64,000 bases of DNA from Trypanosoma brucei (lineage: Eukaryota). The stretch's first letter is position 1; each line of letters begins with the position of its first letter. The DNA lies in NCBI GenBank assembly GCA_000002445.1, contig CM000208.1, positions 3,040,001-3,104,000 of the forward strand. The letters run 5' to 3'. The position numbers and the translations under genes were made by a program. Positions 1-10,293 of this stretch are shown here, in pieces. Below the pieces are notes generated by a model. The model ran no database searches, had not been told where the DNA came from, and was given only the letters and a program-made list of their open reading frames with translations.

Positions 1-947
1 ACACAAATACAAATGACGGCCGCATGCACCCGCCTGCCGGAAACGTTGCTCACATGCACCTCCGTTGAAAGTAAACCAACAGCAAGAGATCCACTGATAA
101 GACTGAATACATTGTTGTTAGTGAAAGAAAAGATATTGAACAGCGGCACCACACGAGTGGCCAAACACACGGCAATCGCCGCCTTATGTTTCTTCTCCAT
201 CTTCAGAAGCAACAAGTTTGTGAAGCTCACCATGACAAGGAATATGAATGCATCTCTCAAAAAGTTTGGATAGACTGGACTGTAAAAGTTCATATCCGGA
301 AATACCACTCTTGCAATCAACGCGCAGAGAATTAGGAAGGAAAGTTCCGAGTCACGAAAGCAATACGTCAGGTGATAAACAACTGTCTTCGCCTTCCCTC
401 CTCTCAGATTTTCAGCGCTTATGCGTCCCAGCACCGTGTTGAATTCGATCAGTTGCAGTACCATTAGAGCATACCACTGTGTTGAGATATCAACTATATT
501 GAACGCTTTCATGAGCGTCAGAGCAAAGAAAATGCGCAGAACACTACTGCAGACACGAGAAAATATGTCACCCAGTGGCGTAGCGGAGCGGCACCGCCTT
601 GCGTGCACACCATCCAACGCACCGCACATGATAGCTACAACACATAACAAAGACGACATTAATATGGGCCCAGTTGCCGCTGCAGTGTGTGACTGAGGGG
701 TTTGGTCATAGTACTCGCTGAGGATCTGGTATGACTGCACGGAGCTCATTAAACCCACTAATGTAATGGTGTTGGGTGCCACGGCCTCCGGCACAAAAGT
801 GCTATCTAAAAAAACCCAAAGTGAGTGGAGCACCAACGTCACAAAACTAACGGGACGCGTCTCAACACTTGTATCTGCATGTGCGACGCGGTCCCGCTCC
901 AGAGGTGTAAAAAAAAAACTGTGGTCACTCAGGTAGTGGGATACCAT
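1..947 (-). CDS. Partial CDS (N-terminal 315 codons; the 3' end lies beyond the left edge) encoding a hydrophobic, probably multi-pass membrane protein of unknown function
   Basis: Minus-strand ATG at 947-945, with an in-frame stop just upstream at 968-966. I checked every codon down to position 3 and the frame stays open. The product is rich in hydrophobic segments. A purine-rich plus-strand tract at 960-1100 gives a polypyrimidine tract on the coding strand just upstream of the ATG. The ORF track omits it because it has no stop inside the window. Confidence 0.5.
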   Translation of the reverse strand, partial: MVSHYLSDHSFFFTPLERDRVAHADTSVETRPVSFVTLVLHSLWVFLDSTFVPEAVAPNTITLVGLMSSVQSYQILSEYYDQTPQSHTAAATGPILMSSLLCVVAIMCGALDGVHARRCRSATPLGDIFSRVCSSVLRIFFALTLMKAFNIVDISTQWYALMVLQLIEFNTVLGRISAENLRGGKAKTVVYHLTYCFRDSELSFLILCALIARVVFPDMNFYSPVYPNFLRDAFIFLVMVSFTNLLLLKMEKKHKAAIAVCLATRVVPLFNIFSFTNNNVFSLISGSLAVGLLSTEVHVSNVSGRRVHAAVICIC

Positions 948-2733
948 TGACCACGTAGCTTCAAATCAGTTAGCGTTCAGGAGTGAAACGGCAAAAGAAG
1001 GAAAAAAGAAAGATATATACGTGCGTTAGGAAAAACGAATTCGAAAACAGAGGTAAAACGGCTTTTCAGCGGAACATTATATTCGAAAGTGTTTGCTCCT
1101 GATAGATATGCAAAAAACGATTTATGTGTACGCCCACCTACAGGTGCTTACACGCTTGCAAAAGTGATGCAATGCTGAGTTGCGGCAGAAAAAGAGAGCA
1201 CTTCCGAATAGCCCCCTTCCTGCCACATATACACATATACGCTGTTTGAGAAAGAAACTACGAGGATACTTTTGCGTCATCATGTGCCTACTAGAGGTAG
1301 TGCATATTGACGTGCCCCCCCAAAAAAAAGTGTAAAGAATGGGAGCCAAACGTTTTCTCTAGCGAAGAAAAAAAAAGAAAGAGAGAGAGCTAAAGAGGGA
1401 TATCTTAGAGGCAGTGACACTCGTAGACATTTAGACAAGCAAGCAAACACGGTAATAAATGTACATGGCATGAAGGAGTGCACAGAAAGCGAGTAGTCTG
1501 ACCCGTGAGTCATGGGTACAGAACATATATGATTTCAAACGGTTATGATCAAGTATAAATGACCAGGACTGCAAGCGAATAAATCAAAGTTAAAAGGAAA
1601 AAAAAGCAAGGCAAGGGAGACGAAAGATAAAAGAAGAGAAAAAAAAAGAGGGACACAAAGTCCGGCAGGTCAATATAAAAGTTTATTTGTTTACTCCACT
1701 TCTCTCCGGCATCGAAACTTTTTCCTCATTGATCCTCTTACTGGAAGAAGCGTTACATGAGGAGCGAATACAAATATAAAATAGGAATCAAGTATATCAT
1801 AGGGGGGAAGGGAAGGCTAAAGGAAAAGAATGCCATTCAAAGGAAACAGCCCCTTCCTTTTGTACAGATACACACATATACAAATACTTAATGTGAAATA
1901 ACAGCCCGAATGCTCGCAATTTATCATACATTGGTCTAACAAACTGTGCAGAACCACCAGATCCCGGAGCATATATTTATATACAAATGTATGTCACGGA
2001 AATTCGCCACTTATCTTAGGTTATACCGCCTGACTGTGCGTATTTCCTCCTCCCCCCCCTTTCTCGCTTTCTTTACTACCCCTTCACATATCTCTGATGT
2101 TGTGGTGCCGCTGAATCATTGCCTGTACACTTATTTCTGTGATCCTTAAGTCAGTGCTCAAGTTTGCAATTTGTTGCGTTTGCAGAGATGCACACCAAAC
2201 GTGCAGAGTCCCCTCCCCCAGAAAAAAAAAACAGAATGAAATTATGAAAAACAAAACACCATTAAAAATCATTCAAAATATTAAACAATGACCCCGCCCC
2301 CCCCTCCATATATACACCGAAACAAAAGTATGAAATAGTGGTAAGGGGCAAACGAGACCGACGAGACGGAACATGACCCTTCATCTATTATTCCACGCAC
2401 TCCAATCAGGTCTGCAAATCACAAAATACATCCAACTACTGCCATTAGTGGTATATCGGTTCCCCATTAATTAATTCTTCTGCTTTCTTTCTCTTTTTCT
2501 GTTCTCCCCCTCTCCCTACCTTTTACATATTTTGCTTTTTTCCCTCTTGGGCAACCTTTTATTTCAGTTTAATACATCATTTCCACCACCGCAGTTCAAT
2601 AACAGGTCCTGAAGTACATGTATTACATAGCGCGGCAATGACGCCATCATCCCGTATCAATTAATCCATTTGTTTGTGTGCTTCCTTCTGTATCTATTTC
2701 GTAAGGAGGCTCACAGTCCAGTTGGTTTCACAG

Positions 2734-5700
2734 TTACTTGGTTACCTTTCGTTTGATGCGCACCATCGCCGTTACTGCTTTGCGCAGTTCATCCGCTTTG
2801 CGGTCCCACACGGATCCCAGCGTACATCCGTTACCATCCACCACTTGCACGGTACTGTTCGGCCCAGCGTCCCTCACGCGATTCACCACACCAACGGAGA
2901 ATCCCGGAATGCCATGAATCGGTTGCGTGTCATACCCCAGTAAGGTCATAGTGATTGGTTTGTTGTTCACCATGGCATCGCGGCATGCTTCGAAGAAGGT
3001 TCCAGCTGCCGCAAAGTCCACTACTGATGCTTCCAATGGAATGAGAAGCCGCTCGAACGCCGTGTTTGCAAAGTCAACAATCTCTTTGCTGTCAAGGCGG
3101 CTCGCGACGGCTGTGTCCGGAACAGAGAATGTCGTTTTAGTGTACAGGAAGTCCTCAGAGGAGTACTGCCCAGTGCCACTTACGGAAGTGGAGCCATCAC
3201 CACCGCACATCTCGGAAGCAACGAGGGCCAAGCAATGAAAGGCTGGCCAAACACTCGGCTTAAAGGGATGGTGCACAATTGAGTGGGACATGTCATAGCC
3301 GTACGTTCCAACGTAGTTGTCGCCCTGCCTGGCCGTAGTGAGCAGGAGCGTGCCACGGGCGCGCAGCGATATTGAATCCACGGCAGCCAAGGCATCGAAA
3401 AGTACGTTCAGTGGGCAGACCCAAGCACGAAGAAACGCCTCGTGGTTTGCGTCACTAAGCGTGACAACAGCGCGCTCTTTGTCGTAGCTCAGAACAATGG
3501 CGTACGGTCCCCCAGAACCTCCATTCCATACCTCTCTATTGGCTTGTATAACAGCGGGGTCGAAGTTCACAATGAGGCAACGTTCCTTGGGGGCCTCTAA
3601 CGCAGAGAGAATTTGGCCAACAAGTGCTTCAGGAGTGGAGTGCTTAACGTCCTTGTCCATGTGTGTCGTGAAGACACTCACCTTGTCCCCCAGATGATTG
3701 TGGGAGTAGTTCCTCGCGACAGTCGCTGCACTTTCCAATGGCAAATGTGCGGACAACATGAAAGAAGTATGGAATCCACTGAGGTTAGCCACAGTTTCCA
3801 CGTTTGCATCGAAGCCGAGAGTATCTAAAGCTTCAGCAAGGATTGTCACAACATAATTCTTTTTCGGATATTCAAAACGAAGGAGTCGCATTGTGGGTGG
3901 AAGTGAGTACCGAGCATCACTCAAAATGGAATCCTCGAACTGTTGGGCGCTGAGTTTGGAAATAGTGTCTGGCGACTTGGCAGCCAATATATAACCGTAC
4001 CCAATCACGGCAGAATACAGCCGGGGAAGTGGCACGTTCCATGTCTTACGGTACTTCTTCACACTGACGTCAGCGAGCCGAACGACCCCCTGCTCTGCAT
4101 CGAAGCCAATAACAATGGCAAAGTGACAAGGTTCGGCACGTTGGTCCACCATGACATTCAATGCAATGTTAACATTAAAGCCAATAAGCATAACACTTTT
4201 GGTTTTCACAACGAGATCAATATGTGCCATGAAAGTGTCATCTGTGATGTTTACTGGTCCATCTGCAGCATCCCCACGACGGTTAATGAGCACAACACCA
4301 AGTGCAACAGCGTCGGCGAGGTTCAACTTCTTAAGAAACACCCTGTACCAGCTAAAGGCCCTGCAAACAGAAACCTTGGTGCTGTTACCAACAATGGTGG
4401 CAATGTCAAGGTTGAGTACCTGGCACAATTTTGTAACGGGAATACCACGCAGTTTACCGCGGTCTAGTGCGCTACCAACGCCACTTTCCCGGTGTTTTCC
4501 TTGGTTCAGAAGAGTGCATGAGACAAGGTGGTGCATTAATGCGAGGCCAACTATGTGTGGTGCGATGGAGGCGTCAACCGCAGTCATTAATAACCCGCCA
4601 CTGAGGGAACCATCGAGCATGCCCAGCGGGAATATGGAAGGTACTTTTTCCATGTGTCGTTCGCTCACAAAGACGCGAACGAATCCACGGGATCGATTGC
4701 AGTATCCGTCCTTCACGCACAACGCATTGTAGAGCGTTTGTAGAGGAACGCCATGCTCCTCAACAACAATACGGCCATCCTCCAACAAAAGTGGCACCCC
4801 GAAACTAACAGAGTGCAGGGCAGGCCTGAAATCAGTAATCAGGGCAAAGGTGCCTTGGTTCTTGGCCGACCAACGTGGTTTTATTGGGTCTGGTAAACCC
4901 TCGCCATCGGGGTTCTCAGTGTAGTTCAGGCGCATCCTTATTTCGTGTTGTTCAATCAAGTAAGGATCAAAGTTTATTATATACATTGGGTTTTCCTCAT
5001 TTTGAGACAGCTCCTTGCGAAACTGGGACAAAGTTCGGATGGTGGCTTGTTCCTCCGCACCCATCCCATCACACGACTCATCTACTGCTTCCGTGTCAAA
5101 TGTAACCACCTCACAGCGAGTCTTGGTCCTCAGCATTGCCGGATGACCTTCTACGAACTCATTCGTCACATCAAATAGTTCAGCGAGTGTAACAGACGGA
5201 AAGGATACGTAGTGCATTGCCAAACGGTTTTGGCGAAGGATGTCTTCGATTGTTATCTTCTCACCGGATACATAGCTGCACGCAAGTGCAATGCTGAGTA
5301 ACCAAGCGCATGGCGCATTGGCCAACTCGTTTACGTCGTTCGAATCAGGTTGTGTTAACATCGGCTTTAAGAATTCCTGCAGTTTTTGCTTCGCGGCCTG
5401 GGCTTTACGGCGGTTGTTCAGAGCATCGGTATGCTCAGGAGATTTAGCAGCAGTTAGCACCACCTTTTTGGAGTGAGCACCGGTAGCGGTGGCGCCGGCC
5501 GCTGTCGATCCCGCAAGTGGCGGAAGAAAGCTGGAGTTGGCTGCGGTGGCGGTTGCACCTGGATCTAAAGTGGGTCGCTGAACGTTGAAGCGAGCCCCTC
5601 GTCCAATCGCCATGGCCGAGGCTGATGGGCTGACTGCAGTTTCGGATGCCAAACGACCCTCACGCCCATCTGCAGTGACACAAGGCGCAAGCTTCTTGAT

Positions 5701-5775
5701 GTCGGAATGCATCAGATCCAGCTTTGCCTGGATTGATTGCAACCTTTCATCCAAAGATTCTGGTTTGGCTCCCAT
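2734..5775 (-). CDS. Large conserved hypothetical protein with about four tandem phytochelatin-synthase-like (papain-fold, C83-like) domains
   Basis: A 1013-codon ORF. The track start at 5835 is GTG, so I used the first ATG at 5775 (MGAKPESL...). The protein contains four repeated blocks. Each block has a motif resembling the PCS catalytic-Cys region (ANAPCAWLLSIALA, and WPAFHCLALVASEM in the last repeat). Each also has a downstream motif resembling the PCS GHFSPIGGY...VARFKYPPHWVPL region (GTFALITDF; CHFAIVIGFDAEQGVVRLADVSVKKYRKTWNVPLPRLYSAV; GPYAIVLSYDKERAVVTLSD). The Cys is kept in repeats 1 and 4 only. Confidence 0.6.
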   Translation of the reverse strand: MGAKPESLDERLQSIQAKLDLMHSDIKKLAPCVTADGREGRLASETAVSPSASAMAIGRGARFNVQRPTLDPGATATAANSSFLPPLAGSTAAGATATGAHSKKVVLTAAKSPEHTDALNNRRKAQAAKQKLQEFLKPMLTQPDSNDVNELANAPCAWLLSIALACSYVSGEKITIEDILRQNRLAMHYVSFPSVTLAELFDVTNEFVEGHPAMLRTKTRCEVVTFDTEAVDESCDGMGAEEQATIRTLSQFRKELSQNEENPMYIINFDPYLIEQHEIRMRLNYTENPDGEGLPDPIKPRWSAKNQGTFALITDFRPALHSVSFGVPLLLEDGRIVVEEHGVPLQTLYNALCVKDGYCNRSRGFVRVFVSERHMEKVPSIFPLGMLDGSLSGGLLMTAVDASIAPHIVGLALMHHLVSCTLLNQGKHRESGVGSALDRGKLRGIPVTKLCQVLNLDIATIVGNSTKVSVCRAFSWYRVFLKKLNLADAVALGVVLINRRGDAADGPVNITDDTFMAHIDLVVKTKSVMLIGFNVNIALNVMVDQRAEPCHFAIVIGFDAEQGVVRLADVSVKKYRKTWNVPLPRLYSAVIGYGYILAAKSPDTISKLSAQQFEDSILSDARYSLPPTMRLLRFEYPKKNYVVTILAEALDTLGFDANVETVANLSGFHTSFMLSAHLPLESAATVARNYSHNHLGDKVSVFTTHMDKDVKHSTPEALVGQILSALEAPKERCLIVNFDPAVIQANREVWNGGSGGPYAIVLSYDKERAVVTLSDANHEAFLRAWVCPLNVLFDALAAVDSISLRARGTLLLTTARQGDNYVGTYGYDMSHSIVHHPFKPSVWPAFHCLALVASEMCGGDGSTSVSGTGQYSSEDFLYTKTTFSVPDTAVASRLDSKEIVDFANTAFERLLIPLEASVVDFAAAGTFFEACRDAMVNNKPITMTLLGYDTQPIHGIPGFSVGVVNRVRDAGPNSTVQVVDGNGCTLGSVWDRKADELRKAVTAMVRIKRKVTK

Positions 5776-6274
5776 TGTAACAAAGCTGTTTTCTGGTGGT
5801 GCTTCGCGGAAAAGATGCCAGAAATAATTCGACACGCAGTTTTAACCAATTGAAAGGAAGAGAGAGGCATTAACACCAGCGGTGTAATATCAGAAAGACA
5901 GAATGACACGGAAGTGTGAACGGCAGTATTACGTGTCCACTACGCACAAAAAAAATTTAGTGAGTGAGACATTAATGACACAATAATTGCAACAATGCAA
6001 TCCCCCCTCTTCACGCACGAGGCCGGATTTCAGCAGTTTCCACATGTTTTCTTGCTTTTACCTCTCCCTCCATTTTTAATAATGAAACTAACTACGGAGA
6101 TGGCCACCTGAACCCACATCACCCTACAATCGTACGAAACACATGATCAGAACCCAGCAATGGTAAACAGACGTATATTTCAGCGGAAAGTACAACATTA
6201 TTCAAGATACCATAAGTCACATTGATGGCGGTTAATAAATTAAAGCCTTCACGGTCGCGACTAACGACGTGAGT

Positions 6275-7285
6275 TTAACTTCTGAATAACTCAATATCAG
6301 CAACGCGCGCAAGGTCCTCATCAAGTCCCACAATTTCGCCGCCGTCCGTCAAATCCGTGCGCAACCCAACCGAACCTGTGCTTGCCTGTTTATACCGACA
6401 GACTCCATGTTGAAGCACAGCATTACCTAGACTGCTAAAGTCGCCACGCCTAATAACCAAGAGCATGCCATCGTGCAGTCTGGCATCAAACATATAAAAG
6501 CCACGTATCACACGTACCCGCATAAAACCTCTTGAAGAATAAAAACGCAACAACGCTTCATCTGATGCCAAGCAATGTAACCAGACTTCCGCCACACCGC
6601 AGCGAAGGTTCGAGTGGCCGGAATCGATCGGTCTGTCAGGGAGTGTTTTGGGGTCCCTTGGAGGGTTATTCAGCTGCTCACTATGGCTTTCTATTCCAAG
6701 ACGCTGCTGCAAAAAACTTGAAACAGCTGTAAAAAAACTTTTCAGCACCGGAGCGAGCGCTTTGCCAAAGGAGAGACCACCATTTCCTGCCCGAATGAGA
6801 GGCGGCACAGGAATATTGAAGAACATGTATGTTAAAAATCGTGTCAGTAAAAGTTCCCCAACACCGCGACGGCGGAGTCTTGGATCCACGGCAAACGACA
6901 TCAAATAGCCCGTCGGTGATGGCTCCAACTGGCCGTCTTCGTACCGTTTATGGCCGAGTTGACCAATACAGAAACCAGCCAGACAGGAGTATACCAAAGG
7001 GGGTTCAACAACCCCAGCTTCCGTAGACAATTCTGTTTCCACTCCACTATGCGTGTCATGGGGATCCATGACGACATCTCTATGAGATACATGCGCAACA
7101 ATAGCCACAGACGATCCTGAGCGCAGCCAATTGTAGTAATCGTCCGGATATTCGACAGGGAAAGATATGGCGTGGAGCGCCTGTATGCTTTCCATGTCGC
7201 TCTCTGCAATTCCCCAGCTAAGATGCACTGTTAATGGTCTTCCCCCATTACGACTCGGGAGTGCAACAAGCTCCACTGCGCTCAT
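6275..7285 (-). CDS. GNAT-family N-acetyltransferase
   Basis: A 336-aa ORF with an ATG start that I verified. An acetyl-CoA-binding motif A (YLMSFAVDPRLRRRGVGELLL, the R/Q-x-x-G-x-G/A pattern) is followed by motif B (VWLHCLASDEALLRFYSSRGFMRV). Confidence 0.7.
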   Translation of the reverse strand: MSAVELVALPSRNGGRPLTVHLSWGIAESDMESIQALHAISFPVEYPDDYYNWLRSGSSVAIVAHVSHRDVVMDPHDTHSGVETELSTEAGVVEPPLVYSCLAGFCIGQLGHKRYEDGQLEPSPTGYLMSFAVDPRLRRRGVGELLLTRFLTYMFFNIPVPPLIRAGNGGLSFGKALAPVLKSFFTAVSSFLQQRLGIESHSEQLNNPPRDPKTLPDRPIDSGHSNLRCGVAEVWLHCLASDEALLRFYSSRGFMRVRVIRGFYMFDARLHDGMLLVIRRGDFSSLGNAVLQHGVCRYKQASTGSVGLRTDLTDGGEIVGLDEDLARVADIELFRS

Positions 7286-8212
7286 TTACACCTCATGGAT
7301 GAATAAAAAAGAGAATGAGGATAGCGGAAAGCACTACAAGATAAAGAAATTAATAACGTGGCAGTCCAGGCTTGAAATGACTAAAGGAAATAACGGCAGG
7401 TTTCTACACCCAAAGCAAAGGTGCGGGAACTCCACCAACTAGCATCCTCTCTTTATCTCCTAACCGGAAGCACATGATTTCATGGCTTAACTCACCAGTA
7501 ATGTCGTTGTATGTTTTTTTTTTAAAAAAAAAAGAAGATAAAAAAGATATAAGAAATTGTGTTAAACAAACCATGTGCTTATTTTTCACCATTACAATCT
7601 ATGTAACAATTAGCATATACATATGAGCGCTCAATTAGCCTACCGATAACTAAAGAAAAAGAAACAAGAAAGGGAGAGGACAACAATACAACAACAACCA
7701 CTCTTCGCCTTTACACACACACATTCGCTTATTCCTTCCTATTAAACGCCCCTTCACTTCTCTTTTTTTGTTATTCCACTGAAAAGTGATCATATGTAGA
7801 GAGTTGCCTCGTATATAATTTCCTTTGTAGTTGGTTTATTTATTCCGTTGTCTTCACCACATTTTCCTTTTTTTTTTTTACAGTTTTTTTTCTTTTTCAG
7901 ATCGTGGATGCAAGAAGGTTTGCGGCAACTCTTCTTTCCCGTCTCCGTACGCTCCTGATCCTATACCTTCTATAGTTAAATTAATTCGTTCACAAATGGG
8001 CACATCACCTCATCCCCTCCCTGAAAAAAAAAAAGAATAAAATGAATTTAAAAAAAGATAAGATTAGGAGAAAAAAAAAATGACGCCCATGTAAATAATC
8101 TTTTCGTATCTCATCCACCCGTATTCATCACATAACCTCAAATTTCCCCCTCCCCCGTCCGAGCGTTAAGTTGAAAAGTTACCAGGAGCGGAACCATTAT
8201 CATGGTGTTTAA

Positions 8213-8256
8213 ACACGTACACACAAACACACACATATATATATATACGTATATAT
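8213..8256. repeat. Compound (AC)n(AT)n microsatellite
   Basis: acacacaaacacacacatatatatatatacgtatatat in the intergenic spacer. Confidence 0.8.
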
Positions 8257-8410
8257 GAAGTCAAAGTGAGAAAAACAGAGGAAGAAACTCTCCAAAAAAA
8301 AAAAAGATAAGCGATCAAGTACAAAACAAAAGAAAGTGTCAGAAGAGTCACAGCTGAACCACAATTTGGTCTCTTGTCGCTTTGTCTCTTTTTCATCTTC
8401 AAAGCCCAGT

Positions 8411-8437
8411 ACACACACACACACACACACACACACA
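8411..8437. repeat. (AC)13 microsatellite
   Basis: Perfect acacac... run in an intergenic region. Confidence 0.9.
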
Positions 8438-8749
8438 AGGCATTACTAAAAAGCGGAGTTATCATCAGCTCTTGTCTCGTCGTGTGAGGATATTCGAACA
8501 CAAAGTAATCGATTTCGAAAAACAACAGTAAAAAAAAACGAAGCAAAAAAAAAAAGCTGCCAAAAACGGCAACATCTCGTACAGATTGTCCCCTTCACTT
8601 ATTCGCTCCTCCAGTACTTAGAAAAAAAAAGGAAATCAGAACATACACACACAGACACTCATACATGTCGCCGCTTCATGTTTCTAACATAACGTGACGC
8701 AGTGATTTATTCACACTATTACAATAAGTAAAGGGGACTTAATGAGACA

Positions 8750-9664
8750 CTACTGCTTTGCCTGAAGCTTGGCGGCACGCCACCCCTTCACCTTTCTTGT
8801 GATGTATTCAATTGTGAAGAAGCACACCACTGTGTGTGTCGCACAGCGGAAAAAGTACGGCGCGAAGGAGTCGTACACCGCCAATGCCCCCTCCTCACGA
8901 ACGACTCGTCCTATCGTCTGAGTCACACTCTTATACTTTGCTTTGGTGGTATCAGCGGACATACGTACACGTGCGAATTCAACTGGCATCGTGATAACGG
9001 AATAAAACAATGCTGTAAGGATGCTCGCTGCATTGACGACAATGTTGTCTCCGTATGGTTGGGTTCCGTGCAATTGAGAGTAGGAAACATTACGACGCCG
9101 CAACGCGGAAAGGACTTGATCATGCACAGCGACTTGGGCAACGCCCACCAGTGCTGCACGAGAAGCAAGGGCACTGACACCACGCCAATATCCCGTGATT
9201 CCGTTAGTTGAGTATACGGTAATCGCCGCACGCGTCAACGACTGCTTCGATGCACCGGTCATTTGCAGAACGAGACAAACCTCCACTGGGGAAGTGAGGA
9301 TACTGGAAAAGACACCAGCCAGGGCGCCAGCAAGTGCACGCTCGGCAACTGTTGGCATGCCGTCGGCGTCACCCTTCAGAGACATGATGGCATCACGAAA
9401 TATGGGATAACACCCAAGTCTTGCAGGAGCGTACACGGCCTGGCGGAGGATTCCCGTAGACAAACCCCTGAATGGTCCACGTTCCCACACCTTAACCAAA
9501 CATTCCTTCTGTGAGGTACCTTTGGGTGCAGTCATCACCGTATTCTTCCACATTTCATAAGGGTGCGTGAACAACCATGCAAACATGCCGGAAAAACCAG
9601 CAATCCCGATCGTGTAGACCTTAGGAAGGGGCGCATTCGCGGGCGCCTTTGTCTCTTTCGACAT
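8750..9664 (-). CDS. MCP12: Mitochondrial carrier family protein (possibly the carboxylate carrier MCP12 of T. brucei; the symbol comes from recollection of synteny)
   Basis: A 304-aa ORF with an ATG start that I verified. It has the three-fold repeat structure with P-x-D/E-x-x-K/R signatures (PYEMWKN, PVEVCLVLQ, PVEFARVRM) and six predicted transmembrane helices. Confidence 0.8.
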   Translation of the reverse strand: MSKETKAPANAPLPKVYTIGIAGFSGMFAWLFTHPYEMWKNTVMTAPKGTSQKECLVKVWERGPFRGLSTGILRQAVYAPARLGCYPIFRDAIMSLKGDADGMPTVAERALAGALAGVFSSILTSPVEVCLVLQMTGASKQSLTRAAITVYSTNGITGYWRGVSALASRAALVGVAQVAVHDQVLSALRRRNVSYSQLHGTQPYGDNIVVNAASILTALFYSVITMPVEFARVRMSADTTKAKYKSVTQTIGRVVREEGALAVYDSFAPYFFRCATHTVVCFFTIEYITRKVKGWRAAKLQAKQ

Positions 9665-9959
9665 TTCTTTTTTTTTCTTCCTGTCGTTCGATCCTCGAGT
9701 AGATGTATTAAAATGTATTGTTACTTTCTTGCTGTTTTTTTTTTTTTTAGGGGGTCCCTTTTGTTTTGTTTTGTTTTGCAGGCGAAGAAAAAGTCGGAAA
9801 TTACACGGATCTCATCACACCAGAGGCGTCAACAAAGGATACTTGACATATGTAAGATGGTACCACAGAAATACAAAAATAAGTGAATAAGAAAACGAAA
9901 GGCAAATCACTTGTACAATGCACGTCTACAGACGTTGAGTTGCACGCACAGCGTTAAAT

Positions 9960-10050
9960 TGCTTGAAGGGAAGGGAAGGAAAAAAAAAAAAGAAGAAAAT
10001 TATCTAAAAAAAAGAAAAAGGGGGGAAAGAAAAAAAAAAAAAGAAACACT
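9960..10050 (-). promoter_or_regulatory. Candidate polypyrimidine tract / trans-splice acceptor region for the mitochondrial carrier gene
   Basis: The plus strand is almost pure purine (gaagggaagggaaggaaaaaaaaaaaagaagaaaa...), which gives a long polypyrimidine tract on the minus (coding) strand about 300 nt upstream of the ATG. Confidence 0.35.
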
Positions 10051-10293
10051 TTATATACTGTGTATTGTCTTCCGGTTGTCGTCTTGCTGCTGCCGACATT
10101 GCGCACAATTGAATACAATTTTTACCTCTTTTTGTTATTTTTTTTTTTTTGTAACGGCAGTTACTTCGGTCAAAGGTCGCGAATGGGTTGACTCCTTTGA
10201 TCCTATAGTGTCAAACAGACAACAGAGTACGACACGCTAGCACAGTGAAGACTCTACCTTTACCCAAGTTCCTCAATGTTTCAACAAACTCAT

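Noticed and set aside
4151-4732. A 193-aa plus-strand ORF (and several other 60-170 aa plus-strand ORFs) inside the 2734-5835 gene
   Set aside because: It is antisense to a long well-supported minus-strand CDS and its composition is not coding-like. ORFs of this length are expected by chance within GC-balanced coding DNA.
5776-5835. N-terminal extensions given by the ORF track for several genes (also 13967-14038, 23228-23254, 32246-32566, 39436-39528, 43619-43681 and 47119-47124)
   Set aside because: Reading the first codon shows GTG or TTG rather than ATG (the track evidently allows alternative starts). Kinetoplastid nuclear genes initiate at ATG, and some extensions are plainly translated polypyrimidine tracts, so I moved those starts to the first ATG.
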